Origin: an uncultured delta proteobacterium
GTDB taxonomy: Bacteria > Myxococcota_A > Polyangia > Polyangiales > Polyangiaceae
Length of the DNA stretch: 64,000 bases
Direction of reading: 5' to 3'
Assembly: GCA_963850305.1 (NCBI GenBank)
Contig: CAWKKR010000008.1
Coordinates: 864,001 to 928,000 of the forward strand
Shown: positions 8,391 to 18,903 of the stretch, piece by piece
Numbering within the stretch: position 1 is the first letter of the stretch
Layout: each line of letters starts with the position of its first letter
Notes under the pieces: generated by a model
Told to the model about the DNA's origin: nothing
The model's input: only the letters and a program-made list of their open reading frames with translations
The model's database searches: none
Program-made: the position numbers and the translations under genes

Positions 8391-9153
8391 GTGGGGGCCG
8401 CTCGTGCTGGTGCTGGTAGTACTTCACCTCGGTTCCGTAGATCTGCCGGAGACTCTCGGGCGTCAGCACGGTGATCGGCGAACCGTGGCAAAGTACCTCT
8501 CGGTTCAGGCACAGCACCGTCGACGACAGCTGATAGACCAGGGACAGATCGTGCGTGACGATGAGCATCGTCATGTTCCTCTCGCGATTCAGCCGGGTGA
8601 GCAGACCATAGACGGTCTCCTCGCCGCGAATGTCGACTCCCGTCGTCGGCTCGTCGAACAGCAGGACCCGAGGATCTCCGGAGAGAGCCCACGCAATCAG
8701 GATCCGCTGGAACTGCCCGGAGGACAGGTCGCCCATGCGATGGTTCGCCGTGCCCTCGTCCAGGCCCACGGCGCGCAGCATCTCGCCGACACGAACGCTG
8801 GCGTTCTGCTTCAGTGCGAAGAAGTCGACGACCCTCAGTGGAATGTCGCGGATGTACGGGAGGCGTTGCGGCACGTACCCGACGCGGAGCCCAGCCTCCC
8901 ACTCGATCGATCCGGCATGTGGAAGGACCCCGAGCAAAGCCCGTAGGAGCACCGTCTTACCCGCACCGTTGGGGCCGAGGATGGTGAGGATCTCCCCGCG
9001 CTTCACGGTGAACGACACGCGTTCGAGGACGGCCTGATTCTCGAGCGTCACGGAAAGGTCGGTGACGCGAAGGACCGCGCCGCCGCCGCCCGCCGTGGCT
9101 TCCGCGCTCGTCCCGGGAGTCGGTTGGAACGAGGATGATTCCGAGCTGGTCAT
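8383..9153 (-). CDS. Metal ABC transporter ATP-binding protein (ZnuC-like)
   Basis: GPNGAGKT, GYVPQ, LSSGQFQR, LFDEPT, His-rich tail; ATG overlaps mgtA stop (ATGA). Confidence 0.9.
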   Translation of the reverse strand: MTSSESSSFQPTPGTSAEATAGGGGAVLRVTDLSVTLENQAVLERVSFTVKRGEILTILGPNGAGKTVLLRALLGVLPHAGSIEWEAGLRVGYVPQRLPYIRDIPLRVVDFFALKQNASVRVGEMLRAVGLDEGTANHRMGDLSSGQFQRILIAWALSGDPRVLLFDEPTTGVDIRGEETVYGLLTRLNRERNMTMLIVTHDLSLVYQLSSTVLCLNREVLCHGSPITVLTPESLRQIYGTEVKYYQHQHERPPHG

Positions 9154-11714
9154 GTCGGCACGCGTTGCACCTCGTGTGTCAGCTCGGATGTCGGCCGGCG
9201 ACGATGGACCACCCGCTTCACGATCTCGACGAACCCGAGATAGGAGGCCGTGGCGACGCCGAGGAAGGCGAAAAACGGGGCCGGGAGCGGCGTGAAGCCA
9301 AGGCGCCCCGCGAAGCCCGTGAACGGCAGAGCCAACGCGATCCCGACGACGGCCACCGTCGCGGTCGAAAGGGCAGCGCTCGGCCGGAAGGAAAACGGGT
9401 TCTTTGCGGTTCGAATGACGAAGATCACGAGCGTCTGCGTGACGAGAGATTCGACGAACCACCCGGTATGGAACAGGGCTTCCGACGCATGAAATAGTTT
9501 GATGAGCACGTAGAAGGTCAAGAAATCGAACACCGAGCTCACGGGTCCGATCCAGAGCATGAATCGCCGAACTTCGTCGATGTCCCAGCGGCGAGGCTTT
9601 CGCACGAAGTCCGGGTCGACGGTGTCCGACGGAATCGTGATCTGCGCAAGGTCGTAGAGAAAATTGTTGAGGAGGATCTGCGTCGGGAGCATCGGCAGGA
9701 ACGGCAACAGGGCCGATGCTCCCGCCATGCTGAACACGTTCCCGAAGTTCGAGCTCGTCCCCATGAGCAGGTACTTCATGACGTTCCCGAACGCCTTGCG
9801 CCCCTCGACGATACCGGTGAAGAGAACCTTCAATCCCGGCTCGAGCAGAATGATGTCTGCAGCGTCCCTGGCGACGTCGACCGCGGTCGACACCGAGATG
9901 CCGACGTCGGCCGCATGTAACGACGGCGCGTCGTTGATTCCGTCGCCGAGGAACCCGACGACGTGCCCCCGCGTTCGGAGGGCACGCAGGATGCGACTCT
10001 TCTGCGCCGGGGAGACACGCGCAAAGACGTGAGCACGCTCCGCCGCATACCCGAGCGCCGGATCGCTCATCTTCTCGATATCGCTTCCGAGGAGAGCGTA
10101 CTGCGTCGGCAGCCCGACGCGTTCGGAGACGTGCAGCGCGACCAGCTCGCTGTCGCCTGTCAGCATCTTGACATCGACGCCGGCGGACCGAAGCGACGCG
10201 AGTGCTTCTCTCGCGTCATCTCGCGGAGGATCCGTGAAGGCCAGGTGGCCCGCAAGGACGAGGTCGTGTTCGTCGTTCTTGGTGTACGCGGAACGCGGTT
10301 CGAGCTTCGAGTACGCGACGGCGAGGACCCGGTACCCGTCCGAGCACGAGCGCTCGAACGCCTCGGTGAAGCGACGTCGTGTCTCGTCATCGAGAACGCG
10401 GACCTTGCCTCCGACTTCGCAGGTCGTGCAAACGGAAAGGACATGCTCCGGCGCGCCCTTGGTGACGAGGAGCGTTTCTCCGCCTCGTCTCGCCACGACG
10501 CTGACGCGGCGCCGTTCGAAGTCGAACGGTACTTCGTCCACCTTGCTGAACCCGGAGATGTCCGGGTGCTCGTGTTTGAGCACGGCCGAATCGAGGGGAT
10601 CGAGCCGAGCTCTGCGCAGGACCGCTTCGTCGACCGGATTGTCGACGCCGCTCTGGAAATAACTGTTCACGTAGCCGAGTAGCAGGGGACGTTCGGACGG
10701 TGCTCCGAGTGGATCGACCCACTGCTCGAGCGTCATCTCTGCGGTCGTGAGGGTGCCGGTCTTGTCCGCGCAGAGAAGATCCATGCTACCGAGATTCTGG
10801 ATGGCGGCGATGTTCTTCACGATGACGTTTTCGCGCGCCATGCGCTGCGCGCCCTTCGTCAAGGTCACGGTCGTGATCATCGGCAAGAATTCCGGAGTAA
10901 GACCCACGGCCAGGGCCACGCCGAACAGCAGCGATTGGAGCGGGTTTCGGTGGAGAGCCGCGTTCACCAGAAACACGAACAGAACGAGGAAGACGACCGT
11001 CTTCAACACGAAGACGCCGAATCGAACGATTCCGCGCTCGAACTCCGAAACGGGCGGGCGAGCGGCGAGCGCGCGGGCGATGCCTCCGAAAGCCGTGCGG
11101 GAGCCGGTGAGCGTCACGGTCGCCACCGCCCGACCGCTCACGACCGACGAACCCATCAGAACGCCGGCTCCGGACTCTTTCTCGACGGGGAGGGATTCAC
11201 CCGTCAGAGCCGCCTCGTTGAGATGCAGATCCCGGGCGTCGAGCACGGTTGCGTCCGCGGGAACCATGTCCCCCGCTTCGAGCCGGATCACGTCGCCCGG
11301 GACGATGAGCCGCCGCGGTAGTTCTTTCCACGCGCCGCTACGAAGCGCCGCGGCGGTCTGGGTCACGCGCGCTTTTAGCGCTTCCGCCGCCCGTTCGGAG
11401 CGCCGCGTCTGAGCAAACTCGACGGCCACGCTCAACGCCACGATGACGAACACGATCGTTGCGTTGGCGACGTCGCCCAGGGCCGCTGAAGCCCCGCTGG
11501 CGATGAGCAGGATGATGACCAGTGGGTTCGCGAAACGAGCGACCGCTTGCCGCAGGAGGGTGTTCTTCTTGGCGACGAAGGGCTCGTTCGGCCCGATGCG
11601 GTCGAGAAGCGCTGCGGCTTCGTCCTCGGTGAGGCCGCCCGACCCCCGCAGGCCGGGAGGCAGGCATGCATCGGCGCCACCTTCCTTCCAGGAGGCAGTC
11701 GTCGCGTTCGACAT
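9150..11714 (-). CDS. mgtA: Magnesium-translocating P-type ATPase (P3B)
   Basis: TGES, VGLTPEFLPMI, DKTGTLT, PFDFERRR, GDGINDAP, SSNFGNVFS, FHTGWFVESL. Confidence 0.92.
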   Translation of the reverse strand: MSNATTASWKEGGADACLPPGLRGSGGLTEDEAAALLDRIGPNEPFVAKKNTLLRQAVARFANPLVIILLIASGASAALGDVANATIVFVIVALSVAVEFAQTRRSERAAEALKARVTQTAAALRSGAWKELPRRLIVPGDVIRLEAGDMVPADATVLDARDLHLNEAALTGESLPVEKESGAGVLMGSSVVSGRAVATVTLTGSRTAFGGIARALAARPPVSEFERGIVRFGVFVLKTVVFLVLFVFLVNAALHRNPLQSLLFGVALAVGLTPEFLPMITTVTLTKGAQRMARENVIVKNIAAIQNLGSMDLLCADKTGTLTTAEMTLEQWVDPLGAPSERPLLLGYVNSYFQSGVDNPVDEAVLRRARLDPLDSAVLKHEHPDISGFSKVDEVPFDFERRRVSVVARRGGETLLVTKGAPEHVLSVCTTCEVGGKVRVLDDETRRRFTEAFERSCSDGYRVLAVAYSKLEPRSAYTKNDEHDLVLAGHLAFTDPPRDDAREALASLRSAGVDVKMLTGDSELVALHVSERVGLPTQYALLGSDIEKMSDPALGYAAERAHVFARVSPAQKSRILRALRTRGHVVGFLGDGINDAPSLHAADVGISVSTAVDVARDAADIILLEPGLKVLFTGIVEGRKAFGNVMKYLLMGTSSNFGNVFSMAGASALLPFLPMLPTQILLNNFLYDLAQITIPSDTVDPDFVRKPRRWDIDEVRRFMLWIGPVSSVFDFLTFYVLIKLFHASEALFHTGWFVESLVTQTLVIFVIRTAKNPFSFRPSAALSTATVAVVGIALALPFTGFAGRLGFTPLPAPFFAFLGVATASYLGFVEIVKRVVHRRRPTSELTHEVQRVPT

Positions 11715-11726
11715 CAGCCGGCAGAT

Positions 11727-11742
11727 AGCACCGGGCATGCCA
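11727..11742 (-). promoter_or_regulatory. sigma54 promoter
   Basis: Minus strand TGGCATGCCCGGTGCT, ~13 nt before ATG 11714. Confidence 0.65.
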
Positions 11743-11828
11743 CCCGCGCTTCTCGCGCTTCACCCTGGGTAAGAACCCGCGGCATGGACTGACCGGGAGA
11801 CGCGGAAGTCAGGACGCTTCGCAACGGT

Positions 11829-12230
11829 TCAACCGTCTTCCGGCGCCTGGATGGGACCCTCCGCGGCCTCCGCCTCCCCACTCGATGAAACGCCCATCGC
11901 GGCGGCCGAGTAGGCGCCGATCCGTGCGGGCGGGTGGACGAGGTTCGGCGCGCCGATGTCTCCGCCCGAAATGCCGAGCTCTGCGTCCAGGCGCCTGCGG
12001 GTGGCTTCTTCCTCTTCGTCGGTTCGCTGGAGAGCCAGCGCCCCGAGGGCGCCGACAGCGCCGCCCACGACGGCTCCGGCGACCATGCCCGGGGGCCCCG
12101 CGAGTGCGCCGGCAATTCCGCCGGCTGCGGCTCCCGCGACGGCGCCGATCGCCTCGTGCTCTCGGGTGCGTCTAGCCAGATCGTCCTGCGCCGTCTCCGT
12201 CGATCGCCTCGCGTTCTTCTTGCGTTTCAT
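11829..12230 (-). CDS. Small glycine-zipper hypothetical protein
   Basis: GGAGG RBS; GAVAGAAAGGIAGALAGPPGMVAGAVVGGAVGA. Confidence 0.75.
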   Translation of the reverse strand: MKRKKNARRSTETAQDDLARRTREHEAIGAVAGAAAGGIAGALAGPPGMVAGAVVGGAVGALGALALQRTDEEEEATRRRLDAELGISGGDIGAPNLVHPPARIGAYSAAAMGVSSSGEAEAAEGPIQAPEDG

Positions 12231-12278
12231 CGTTGCCTCCTGCGCGTCGTTGGTTTGGGACGCACAGGCAAGACAGAG

Positions 12279-12294
12279 AGCAACGATTGTGCCC
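12279..12294 (-). promoter_or_regulatory. sigma54 promoter
   Basis: Minus strand GGGCACAATCGTTGCT. Confidence 0.65.
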
Positions 12295-12466
12295 GGCGCG
12301 ACTCGTTGCCGAATCGGCAGGCTCGTCCCGATGGAGGCGCCGTCGCCGCCGGATGCCGCGGCGGCCGCGCATTGCGTCAGGGCCATAGACGAATGCCCGG
12401 CAGTGCAGCGTTTGCGGCGGTGCGCGTGTATTGCGCGATCCGCGAAGCCCTTGCATCGCACGTCGT

Positions 12467-14935
12467 TCATTGCTTTCCGGGGGGCCACAGGAGCGACTGG
12501 TGAACGCGCGCGAGGTGCCTCGCCTGGGGCGCGTGCTCGAGCTTTATCAGCCGATACACACCGATCTTCACTGCGCTGTTCAGCAACAGCCACAGAATGG
12601 CGTACGCCCAGACCGCGAGCGCGTACGTCCATCCGATGGGCGCCACGAACCAGCCGTACACCGCGGCGAGCGATCCGATGGCCTGCGTGGTCTCCGCAGC
12701 CACCACGAGCTTCCAGCTGGGCCAGGGCTTCTGCCACAAAGGTCCCGTGTTTCGCGTCAGGTAGATCGTCATGTGACCAGCGACGAGGAGCTTCAGGAAC
12801 ACGACGGTGCGCACCATGTCGCGCGGAAGATGGAGGTAGTCTCGCGCGAACCAGAAGGCGCCGAACGACGACACGACGCCGAGTACACCGAGCACGCTGC
12901 TCATGGTGAGGACGCGCTGCATGTCCCACCGCACCGGGCGCGGCGCGACGGGCGCGTTGTCGTACGCGATCATCATGATCGGAAAGTCGTTCAAGATCGC
13001 GAGCAGCACGATCATCACCGCGGTCACGGGATAAAAGTCGAAGACCAGGATCGACAGCGTCATGAAGAGGAGCACGCGGATCGTCTCCGCGATGCGGTAA
13101 ATCGCGTAGCTCGTCATGCGCTCGAAGATGCGGCGCGCTTCTTCGACCGCGCTCACGATGACCGACAGACCCGACGCCGTCAGTACGACGTCCGCCGCGG
13201 CCCGCGCCGCGTCGGTGGCGCCGCTCACGGCGACGCCGACGTCGGCTTGCTTGAGAGCTGGGGCGTCGTTCACGCCATCGCCCGTCATTCCGACGATGTG
13301 CCCCCGCTTCTGCAGCTCCGCCACGATCGCGAACTTGTGCTCGGGGAAGACCTGGGCAAACCCGTCGGCGCGTTCGATCGCCTCGGACGTTTTCGCCGCG
13401 TCGCGGCCGTCGAAGATGTCCTGCGCGACGGCGATGTTCGCGCCTAAGTGGAGCTGCTTCGCTGTCTCGCGGGCGATGGCGACGTGATCGCCGGTCACCA
13501 TGCGGATCTGGAGCCCGACCCGGCGGGCCGCGTCGATCATCGCCGCCGCGTCGTCTCGTGGCGGATCGAAGAGCGGTAACAGACCGAGCAACTCGTACCC
13601 TCGACCGCAATCGCGTGCGACGCCGAGTACCCGGTAACCCGATTCCGCGAACTCGTCCACGCGCGACGAGACGTGCGCGCGCAGGTCCCCGTCGGCCTGG
13701 ACCAGGTCGAGGATCTCCTGGGGTGCGCCCTTGCTGACCCGCCACCGCTCGTGGCCGCGCTCGACTTCAGCGTCGGCGCGCTTCCTCACCGGGTCGAACG
13801 GCTCGAAGTGAACGAGGTGGAACTCTGCGACCTCCGCCGGGTTCGCGCGGGCGCAAATCGCCGTGTCGATCGCGTCGCCGTCGTGCTCGGTGGAACCGAG
13901 GGCAGCCGCAAGGACGAGGTCCTCCGTGCTGCTCGCACCGAACAGCACCGGATCGCCGAGCGTGAGCAGATTTTTCGTGAGCGTGCCCGTCTTGTCGCTG
14001 CAGAGCACGTCCATGCCGGCCATCTCTTCGATGGAGACGAGGCGCGACACGATGGCCTTCATCTTCGCGAGCTTCGACGCGCCGGCGGCCATGGTGATCG
14101 ACAGGACCGCCGGGAGCGCGACGGGGATCGCTGCAACGGTCAGGATGAGCGCGAACAGGAGGGTCTCGACGAGCGGGGCATGGCGGAAGAGTGCGACCGA
14201 GAGAATGAGCAAGACGAGTGCGCCCGTTACCCCGATGAGGAAGTTGCCGATCCGGAGCACCGCCTTCTGGAAGTGCGATTGAGTCTCGGCGGTCTCGACG
14301 AGCTTCGCGGTCTTGCCGAAGTACGTATCCATACCGGTGCCCGTGACGAGTCCGTTCATCTCGCCCATTCGAACGACGGAACCGGAATAGACGTCGCCGC
14401 CTGCCTGCCGATCGACGGGCAGCGACTCACCCGTGAGCGCGGACTGGTCGACGCTGAGAAACCCGTTCCCGAAGAGCCGCATGTCCGCCGGGACGATGTT
14501 CCCGAGCCGCACCCGGACCACGTCTCCGGGGACAATCTCGGCGGCGTCAATGTCGTGCCATTCGCCGTCACGGAGCACGCAGGCACGCAAGGCGAGCCGC
14601 GCCTTGAGCGCAGAGATGGCCGTGTCGGCCTTGAACTCTTCCCAGAAGCCCACGCCCGCGTTGATGACGAGCATCGAGCCGATGATGATCAAGTCTTCCC
14701 AGTGACGCGCGAACGCGGACAGGACGGCGGCGCACTCGATCATCCAGGGAATGGGGCCCCAGAAGAACACGAACAACCGCCTGGCGATCGAGGTGTGCTC
14801 CTCGGCGAGCGCATTCGGACCGAACTTCTCGCGGCGCCGTCCGGCTTCTTCGGTGGAGAGTCCGGCGGCCGTATCGATTTCAGGAGGCGGCGGGCTCCGT
14901 GCTCCTTCCTGCGAGGGCTCGACGGCAGTCGTCAT
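12467..14935 (-). CDS. Plasma-membrane-type proton-efflux P-type ATPase (P3A)
   Basis: FWGPIPWMIE, IPVALPAVLSITMA, IEEMAGMDVLCSDKTGTLT, VFPEHKFAIV, ILNDF. Confidence 0.93.
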   Translation of the reverse strand: MTTAVEPSQEGARSPPPPEIDTAAGLSTEEAGRRREKFGPNALAEEHTSIARRLFVFFWGPIPWMIECAAVLSAFARHWEDLIIIGSMLVINAGVGFWEEFKADTAISALKARLALRACVLRDGEWHDIDAAEIVPGDVVRVRLGNIVPADMRLFGNGFLSVDQSALTGESLPVDRQAGGDVYSGSVVRMGEMNGLVTGTGMDTYFGKTAKLVETAETQSHFQKAVLRIGNFLIGVTGALVLLILSVALFRHAPLVETLLFALILTVAAIPVALPAVLSITMAAGASKLAKMKAIVSRLVSIEEMAGMDVLCSDKTGTLTKNLLTLGDPVLFGASSTEDLVLAAALGSTEHDGDAIDTAICARANPAEVAEFHLVHFEPFDPVRKRADAEVERGHERWRVSKGAPQEILDLVQADGDLRAHVSSRVDEFAESGYRVLGVARDCGRGYELLGLLPLFDPPRDDAAAMIDAARRVGLQIRMVTGDHVAIARETAKQLHLGANIAVAQDIFDGRDAAKTSEAIERADGFAQVFPEHKFAIVAELQKRGHIVGMTGDGVNDAPALKQADVGVAVSGATDAARAAADVVLTASGLSVIVSAVEEARRIFERMTSYAIYRIAETIRVLLFMTLSILVFDFYPVTAVMIVLLAILNDFPIMMIAYDNAPVAPRPVRWDMQRVLTMSSVLGVLGVVSSFGAFWFARDYLHLPRDMVRTVVFLKLLVAGHMTIYLTRNTGPLWQKPWPSWKLVVAAETTQAIGSLAAVYGWFVAPIGWTYALAVWAYAILWLLLNSAVKIGVYRLIKLEHAPQARHLARVHQSLLWPPGKQ

Positions 14936-15001
14936 GCGCCCTCTGGAAGTGGCGGATCTTTGGGGAGCAGAGCGGCCATCCGAGGTTCTCCGCTCCGGCT
15001 T

Positions 15002-16231
15002 TCACTCGTACCGGAGCGCGTCGATTGGATCGAGCCGCGCTGCCTTGCGCGCCGGGTACAGGCCGAACAGAATGCCCACCATCGCGCTGAACCCGAACGC
15101 GAGTAGTGCCGTCTCGGGCCGCGCCGAAAACTGCCAGCCAAACCGTGAGGCGACCACCTTGGCGGCCAGAAGCCCACTGCCGACGCCCAGTGCGCCGCCA
15201 GCCATCGACAAGGTCACGGCTTCGATCATGAACTGAGCGAGGACGTGCCACGGCTTCGCCCCCACGGCCATCCGGAGACCGATCTCGCGAGTGCGCTCGG
15301 TGACGCTCACGAGCATGATGTTCATGATTCCGATCCCACCCACGACGAGCGAGACGACGGCGATCGCGGCGAGAAGCCCGGTCAACGCGTTGGTGCCCTG
15401 CTGTTGCGCTCCCGCAATTTCCGTCAGATTGCGAACCGAAAAGTCGTCCTCCGTCGCTGACGCCAGGTGGTGCCGATCTCGGAGCACGCCGGCGATTTCC
15501 AGCTCGGCTCGCCTCGTGTCAGCGCTCGAAATCGCGCTCACCATGATGACGCCGGCAATGTAGTTTTGCAGACCACCCTGGATCTTCGTTTGAAACGACG
15601 AGATCGGAATCAATGCGGTGTCGTCGTAGTCGGTGCCCATCGGCGACTGTCCTTTTTGCTCGAGGACTCCGACCACCTGGAATGGTACCGAGCGGAGCCG
15701 CACCGTCCGTCCCACCGAATCGACACCGGGTCCGAAGAGCTTGTCCGAAGCCGTCTGGCCGAGCACGACAATCTTCGCGTTCGACGCGACGTCCTCGTCG
15801 GCAAAGAGCGCCCCTCGCGACACCTTCCAAGCGCGAACGTCGAAGTAGTCCCGGGTCGTACCGGCCACGTTCGTCGTCCAGTTCGCGTCGTCCCCCACGA
15901 TGGTGACTCGTGTGCTCATCACCGGCGCCGCGATATGGACCGCCGGTGCTTGAGTTTGAATCGCGTGCAGGTCGCCCCAGGTGAGCGTCGGCATCGAGCC
16001 GAACCCGCCCATCACGCCGCCCGACGACGTGGAGCCGGACAGCACGATGAGCATGTTCGTGCCCATCGCTGCAAAGACGCTCTCGACACGCTTCTTTGCT
16101 CCTTCGCCGACCGCGACCATCGAGATGACCGACGCGACGCCGATGACCACCCCGAGGGTGGTCAAGAGCGATCGGGTCTTATTCCGGAGCAGGGCCCGCG
16201 CCGCGAGCGGAATCGTCTGAACGATGTTCAC
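15002..16231 (-). CDS. MacB/FtsX-family ABC transporter permease
   Basis: RNKTRSLLTTLGVVIGVASV, GGIGIMNIMLVSVTERTREIGLRMAVGA, PIDALRYE; GTG start overlaps ATPase stop. Confidence 0.93.
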   Translation of the reverse strand: MNIVQTIPLAARALLRNKTRSLLTTLGVVIGVASVISMVAVGEGAKKRVESVFAAMGTNMLIVLSGSTSSGGVMGGFGSMPTLTWGDLHAIQTQAPAVHIAAPVMSTRVTIVGDDANWTTNVAGTTRDYFDVRAWKVSRGALFADEDVASNAKIVVLGQTASDKLFGPGVDSVGRTVRLRSVPFQVVGVLEQKGQSPMGTDYDDTALIPISSFQTKIQGGLQNYIAGVIMVSAISSADTRRAELEIAGVLRDRHHLASATEDDFSVRNLTEIAGAQQQGTNALTGLLAAIAVVSLVVGGIGIMNIMLVSVTERTREIGLRMAVGAKPWHVLAQFMIEAVTLSMAGGALGVGSGLLAAKVVASRFGWQFSARPETALLAFGFSAMVGILFGLYPARKAARLDPIDALRYE

Positions 16232-16956
16232 GCAGCCCTCGGCAGATCGTCCTGAGCCATTCGAGCCGTCTGAGGAAGATCGCTCAGAACGCGGCCGTCG
16301 CGCAGCACGACGACGCGCGAAGCGTACCGGGCCACGTCCGGCTCGTGGGTCACGAAGACGATGGTGAGCCCGGCCTTCCAGAGTTCCTGGAAGAGCGCCA
16401 TGACCTCCGCGCTCGTCCGAGAATCGAGATTCCCCGTCGGCTCGTCGGCAAGAAGGAGCTTGGGATCGTTCACGATGGCACGAGCGATCGCCACCCGTTG
16501 TTGCTGACCGCCCGAGAGCTGCGAAGGATGGTGCTCGAGCCGTCCGCCGAGGCCGACGCGACCGAGCGCGACCCGAGATCGACGCAAACGCTCCTTGCGC
16601 GGCACCCCCGCATACACGAGCGGCAGCTCGACATTCTCGACCGCGCTGGTCCTCGGTAGCAGATTGAAACTCTGAAACACGAACCCGAGCAGTCCGTTCC
16701 TGATCTCTGCGAGCTCGTTCCGGCTCATTCCCGACACCTCGCGTCCGTCGAGCAGGTAGCGACCGGTCGTCGGCCGATCGAGGCAACCGATGATGTTCAT
16801 CAGCGTGGACTTTCCCGAGCCGGACGACCCCATGACCGCGATGAACTCCCCGCGTCGAACGGAGAGGCTCACGTCGTCGAGGGCGCGTAATTCCTCTGCG
16901 CCGAACAGGTAACGCTTCACGAGATGTTCGGCCGTGATGACGGTATCTTGCGGCAT
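16228..16956 (-). CDS. MacB/LolD-type ABC ATP-binding protein
   Basis: GSSGSGKS, FVFQSFNLL, LSGGQQQR, LADEPTGNLD. Confidence 0.95.
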   Translation of the reverse strand: MPQDTVITAEHLVKRYLFGAEELRALDDVSLSVRRGEFIAVMGSSGSGKSTLMNIIGCLDRPTTGRYLLDGREVSGMSRNELAEIRNGLLGFVFQSFNLLPRTSAVENVELPLVYAGVPRKERLRRSRVALGRVGLGGRLEHHPSQLSGGQQQRVAIARAIVNDPKLLLADEPTGNLDSRTSAEVMALFQELWKAGLTIVFVTHEPDVARYASRVVVLRDGRVLSDLPQTARMAQDDLPRAA

Positions 16957-16965
16957 CGGTCGGTC

Positions 16966-18216
16966 TCACCTTTTGGCGGCGTCGACGCTGGCTTCGACGA
17001 TCGCGAGGTCGCCAGGACGCACCGCGCCGGTAACCAGCTCGGTCCACGTGCCGTCGCTGATCCCGACGTGCGACAGCACCGGGACGGCCCTTCCCGCGCG
17101 GAGTACCCAGATGACCCGTTCGTCCTGCGCCGACGGCGACGGCGGCGTTTCGGCGGTCATCGCTGCGAGGGTGGCGGCGTCGGGCCGAAATCGGAGAGCT
17201 CCGATGGGCACGCGCGTCACGTCCTGTCTTCGCGCGTGCACGAAGGTGACACTCGCGGTCATCCCGGGTTTCAAGAGTCGCTCTCCGTTGTCGACATCGA
17301 TGACGGCATCGTACGTGACGACGTTCTGAATCGACTGCGCGTTGTCGCGCACCTGGCGCACCGTCCCCGGAAACGCCTGTTGCGGGTAAGCGTCGACGGT
17401 GAAGAGTACGTGCATCCCCGCGCGGATCTTGCCGATGTCTGCTTCGGCCACGTTCGTGTCGACCTGCATGTGGGTAAGGTCTTGCGCGATCGTGAACAGC
17501 GTCGGGGCCTGGAGGGTTGCGGCGACAGTCTGGCCCACGTCGATATTCCTGGAAATCACGACGCCGTCGATGGGCGAGACGATCGTCGTGTACTTGAGGT
17601 TCAGGGTGGCTTGATCGAGCGTCGCACGCGACAGAGCCACGTTCGCATCCGCCGTGAAGAACCGCGAACGCGCTTCCCAGGCGGTTGCTTCCGCGGTGTC
17701 GAAGTCGGCCTCGGCGATGAGCTTCCGCTCTACGAGCGCCTTCGAGCGTTCGTACTGGCGTTCGGAGTTGTTCATGTCGGCCAGCGCGCCTTCTCGAGTC
17801 GCCTTCGCGGCTGCGAAGCTCGCGCGCGCTTGGGCGACGGCCGCACGGAAGAGCGACGGCTCGATCGTCGCGACGACTTGGCCGCGCTTCACCTGCGACT
17901 CGAAGTCGACGCCGATCGAGTCGATGCGACCTGAAACCTGGCTCCCGACACTCACGGTCACGAGAGCCGAAAGCGTTCCGCTCGCCGTCACCTTCGCGGC
18001 GATGGGGCCGTGGTCGACGACGGCGGTTTGATAGTGAACCGGGGGCGGCGTCCGGGACGTTTCCACGCGCCACGCGAGGGCGGAAGCTGCCGCCAGGACC
18101 ATGAAGCCGACGGCTCCAAGCATTCGCTTCAGCGACTTCGATGCCACCCTCGGCCCGGGTACCGCCGCGGATGGCGGGCCGACGACCGTGGACGTCGGAG
18201 GCATTGCTTGGACCAT
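16966..18216 (-). CDS. MacA-like periplasmic adaptor (membrane fusion protein)
   Basis: VGSQVSGRI, SPIDGVVISRNIDVGQTVAA, LLKPGMTA; start chosen from the upstream sigma54 site (alternative 18204). Confidence 0.9.
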   Translation of the reverse strand: MVQAMPPTSTVVGPPSAAVPGPRVASKSLKRMLGAVGFMVLAAASALAWRVETSRTPPPVHYQTAVVDHGPIAAKVTASGTLSALVTVSVGSQVSGRIDSIGVDFESQVKRGQVVATIEPSLFRAAVAQARASFAAAKATREGALADMNNSERQYERSKALVERKLIAEADFDTAEATAWEARSRFFTADANVALSRATLDQATLNLKYTTIVSPIDGVVISRNIDVGQTVAATLQAPTLFTIAQDLTHMQVDTNVAEADIGKIRAGMHVLFTVDAYPQQAFPGTVRQVRDNAQSIQNVVTYDAVIDVDNGERLLKPGMTASVTFVHARRQDVTRVPIGALRFRPDAATLAAMTAETPPSPSAQDERVIWVLRAGRAVPVLSHVGISDGTWTELVTGAVRPGDLAIVEASVDAAKR

Positions 18217-18228
18217 CGCGAGGAGCTC

Positions 18229-18244
18229 AGCAACTCTCACGCCA
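18229..18244 (-). promoter_or_regulatory. sigma54 promoter
   Basis: Minus strand TGGCGTGAGAGTTGCT. Confidence 0.6.
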
Positions 18245-18438
18245 TGTCGCAGAAGGCGCGTGGGCCCCGTCGAGCTCCGCTACGGAGTGCACGTCACCGC
18301 CAGGATGCTCGAAGCAGACGGTTCCAAACGACGCCCCGCCGGTGGCGAACACGTTCGCTCGGTCGCAAGTTTTGCACTTCGGCGCAATGACCGCATCCGA
18401 TCGTGATCGAATGGGGCGTATTTGCGTGACCGGATGGC

Positions 18439-18454
18439 TGGCATCCGGCGTGCT
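18439..18454 (+). promoter_or_regulatory. sigma54 promoter
   Basis: TGGCATCCGGCGTGCT upstream of the CBS genes, divergent from the 18229 site. Confidence 0.6.
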
Positions 18455-18468
18455 TGAGCAAATGTTCC

Positions 18469-18885
18469 ATGTGCAAGGTTGCCGAAATCATGACGCGCAA
18501 GGTGCTGACGGTTGCCGCCGAGGCGGATCTGGAGGACGCCGCCTGGGGGCTCACACTCAAACGGATTTCGGGTGCACCGGTCAAAGACAAGTGGGGCAAC
18601 GTGATCGGCGTGCTGTCGAAATCGGATCTGCTGGATCCAAACGAGCGCGATCTCCGTTCGGACGAGTCCCCGAAGGCTCGCGACGTCATGACGCCGGTGC
18701 TCTTTGCCGCGAGGGAGACGGACCCAGTCGGGTTCGCGGTTCGACGCATGGTTGAAACGGGAGTGCATCGCCTCGTGGTTCTCGACGAGCGGGGAATCCT
18801 GATCGGTGTCGTGACACCGATGGACGTTCTCCGTGGGCTCCTCGAAGGCAAGGTCGACGCGCGTGACTTCAACGGAACAGTCTGA
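18469..18885 (+). CDS. CBS-domain protein
   Basis: KVAEIMT, ISGAPV, GVHRLVV, IGVVTPMD. Confidence 0.9.
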   Translation: MCKVAEIMTRKVLTVAAEADLEDAAWGLTLKRISGAPVKDKWGNVIGVLSKSDLLDPNERDLRSDESPKARDVMTPVLFAARETDPVGFAVRRMVETGVHRLVVLDERGILIGVVTPMDVLRGLLEGKVDARDFNGTV

Positions 18886-18903
18886 ACGACTCAGGAAAAA
18901 AAC

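Noticed and set aside
15002..18073. 1023-aa fused permease
   Set aside because: The N-terminal ~600 aa is an off-frame overlap of the adaptor and ATPase genes; the real start is the GTG at 16231.
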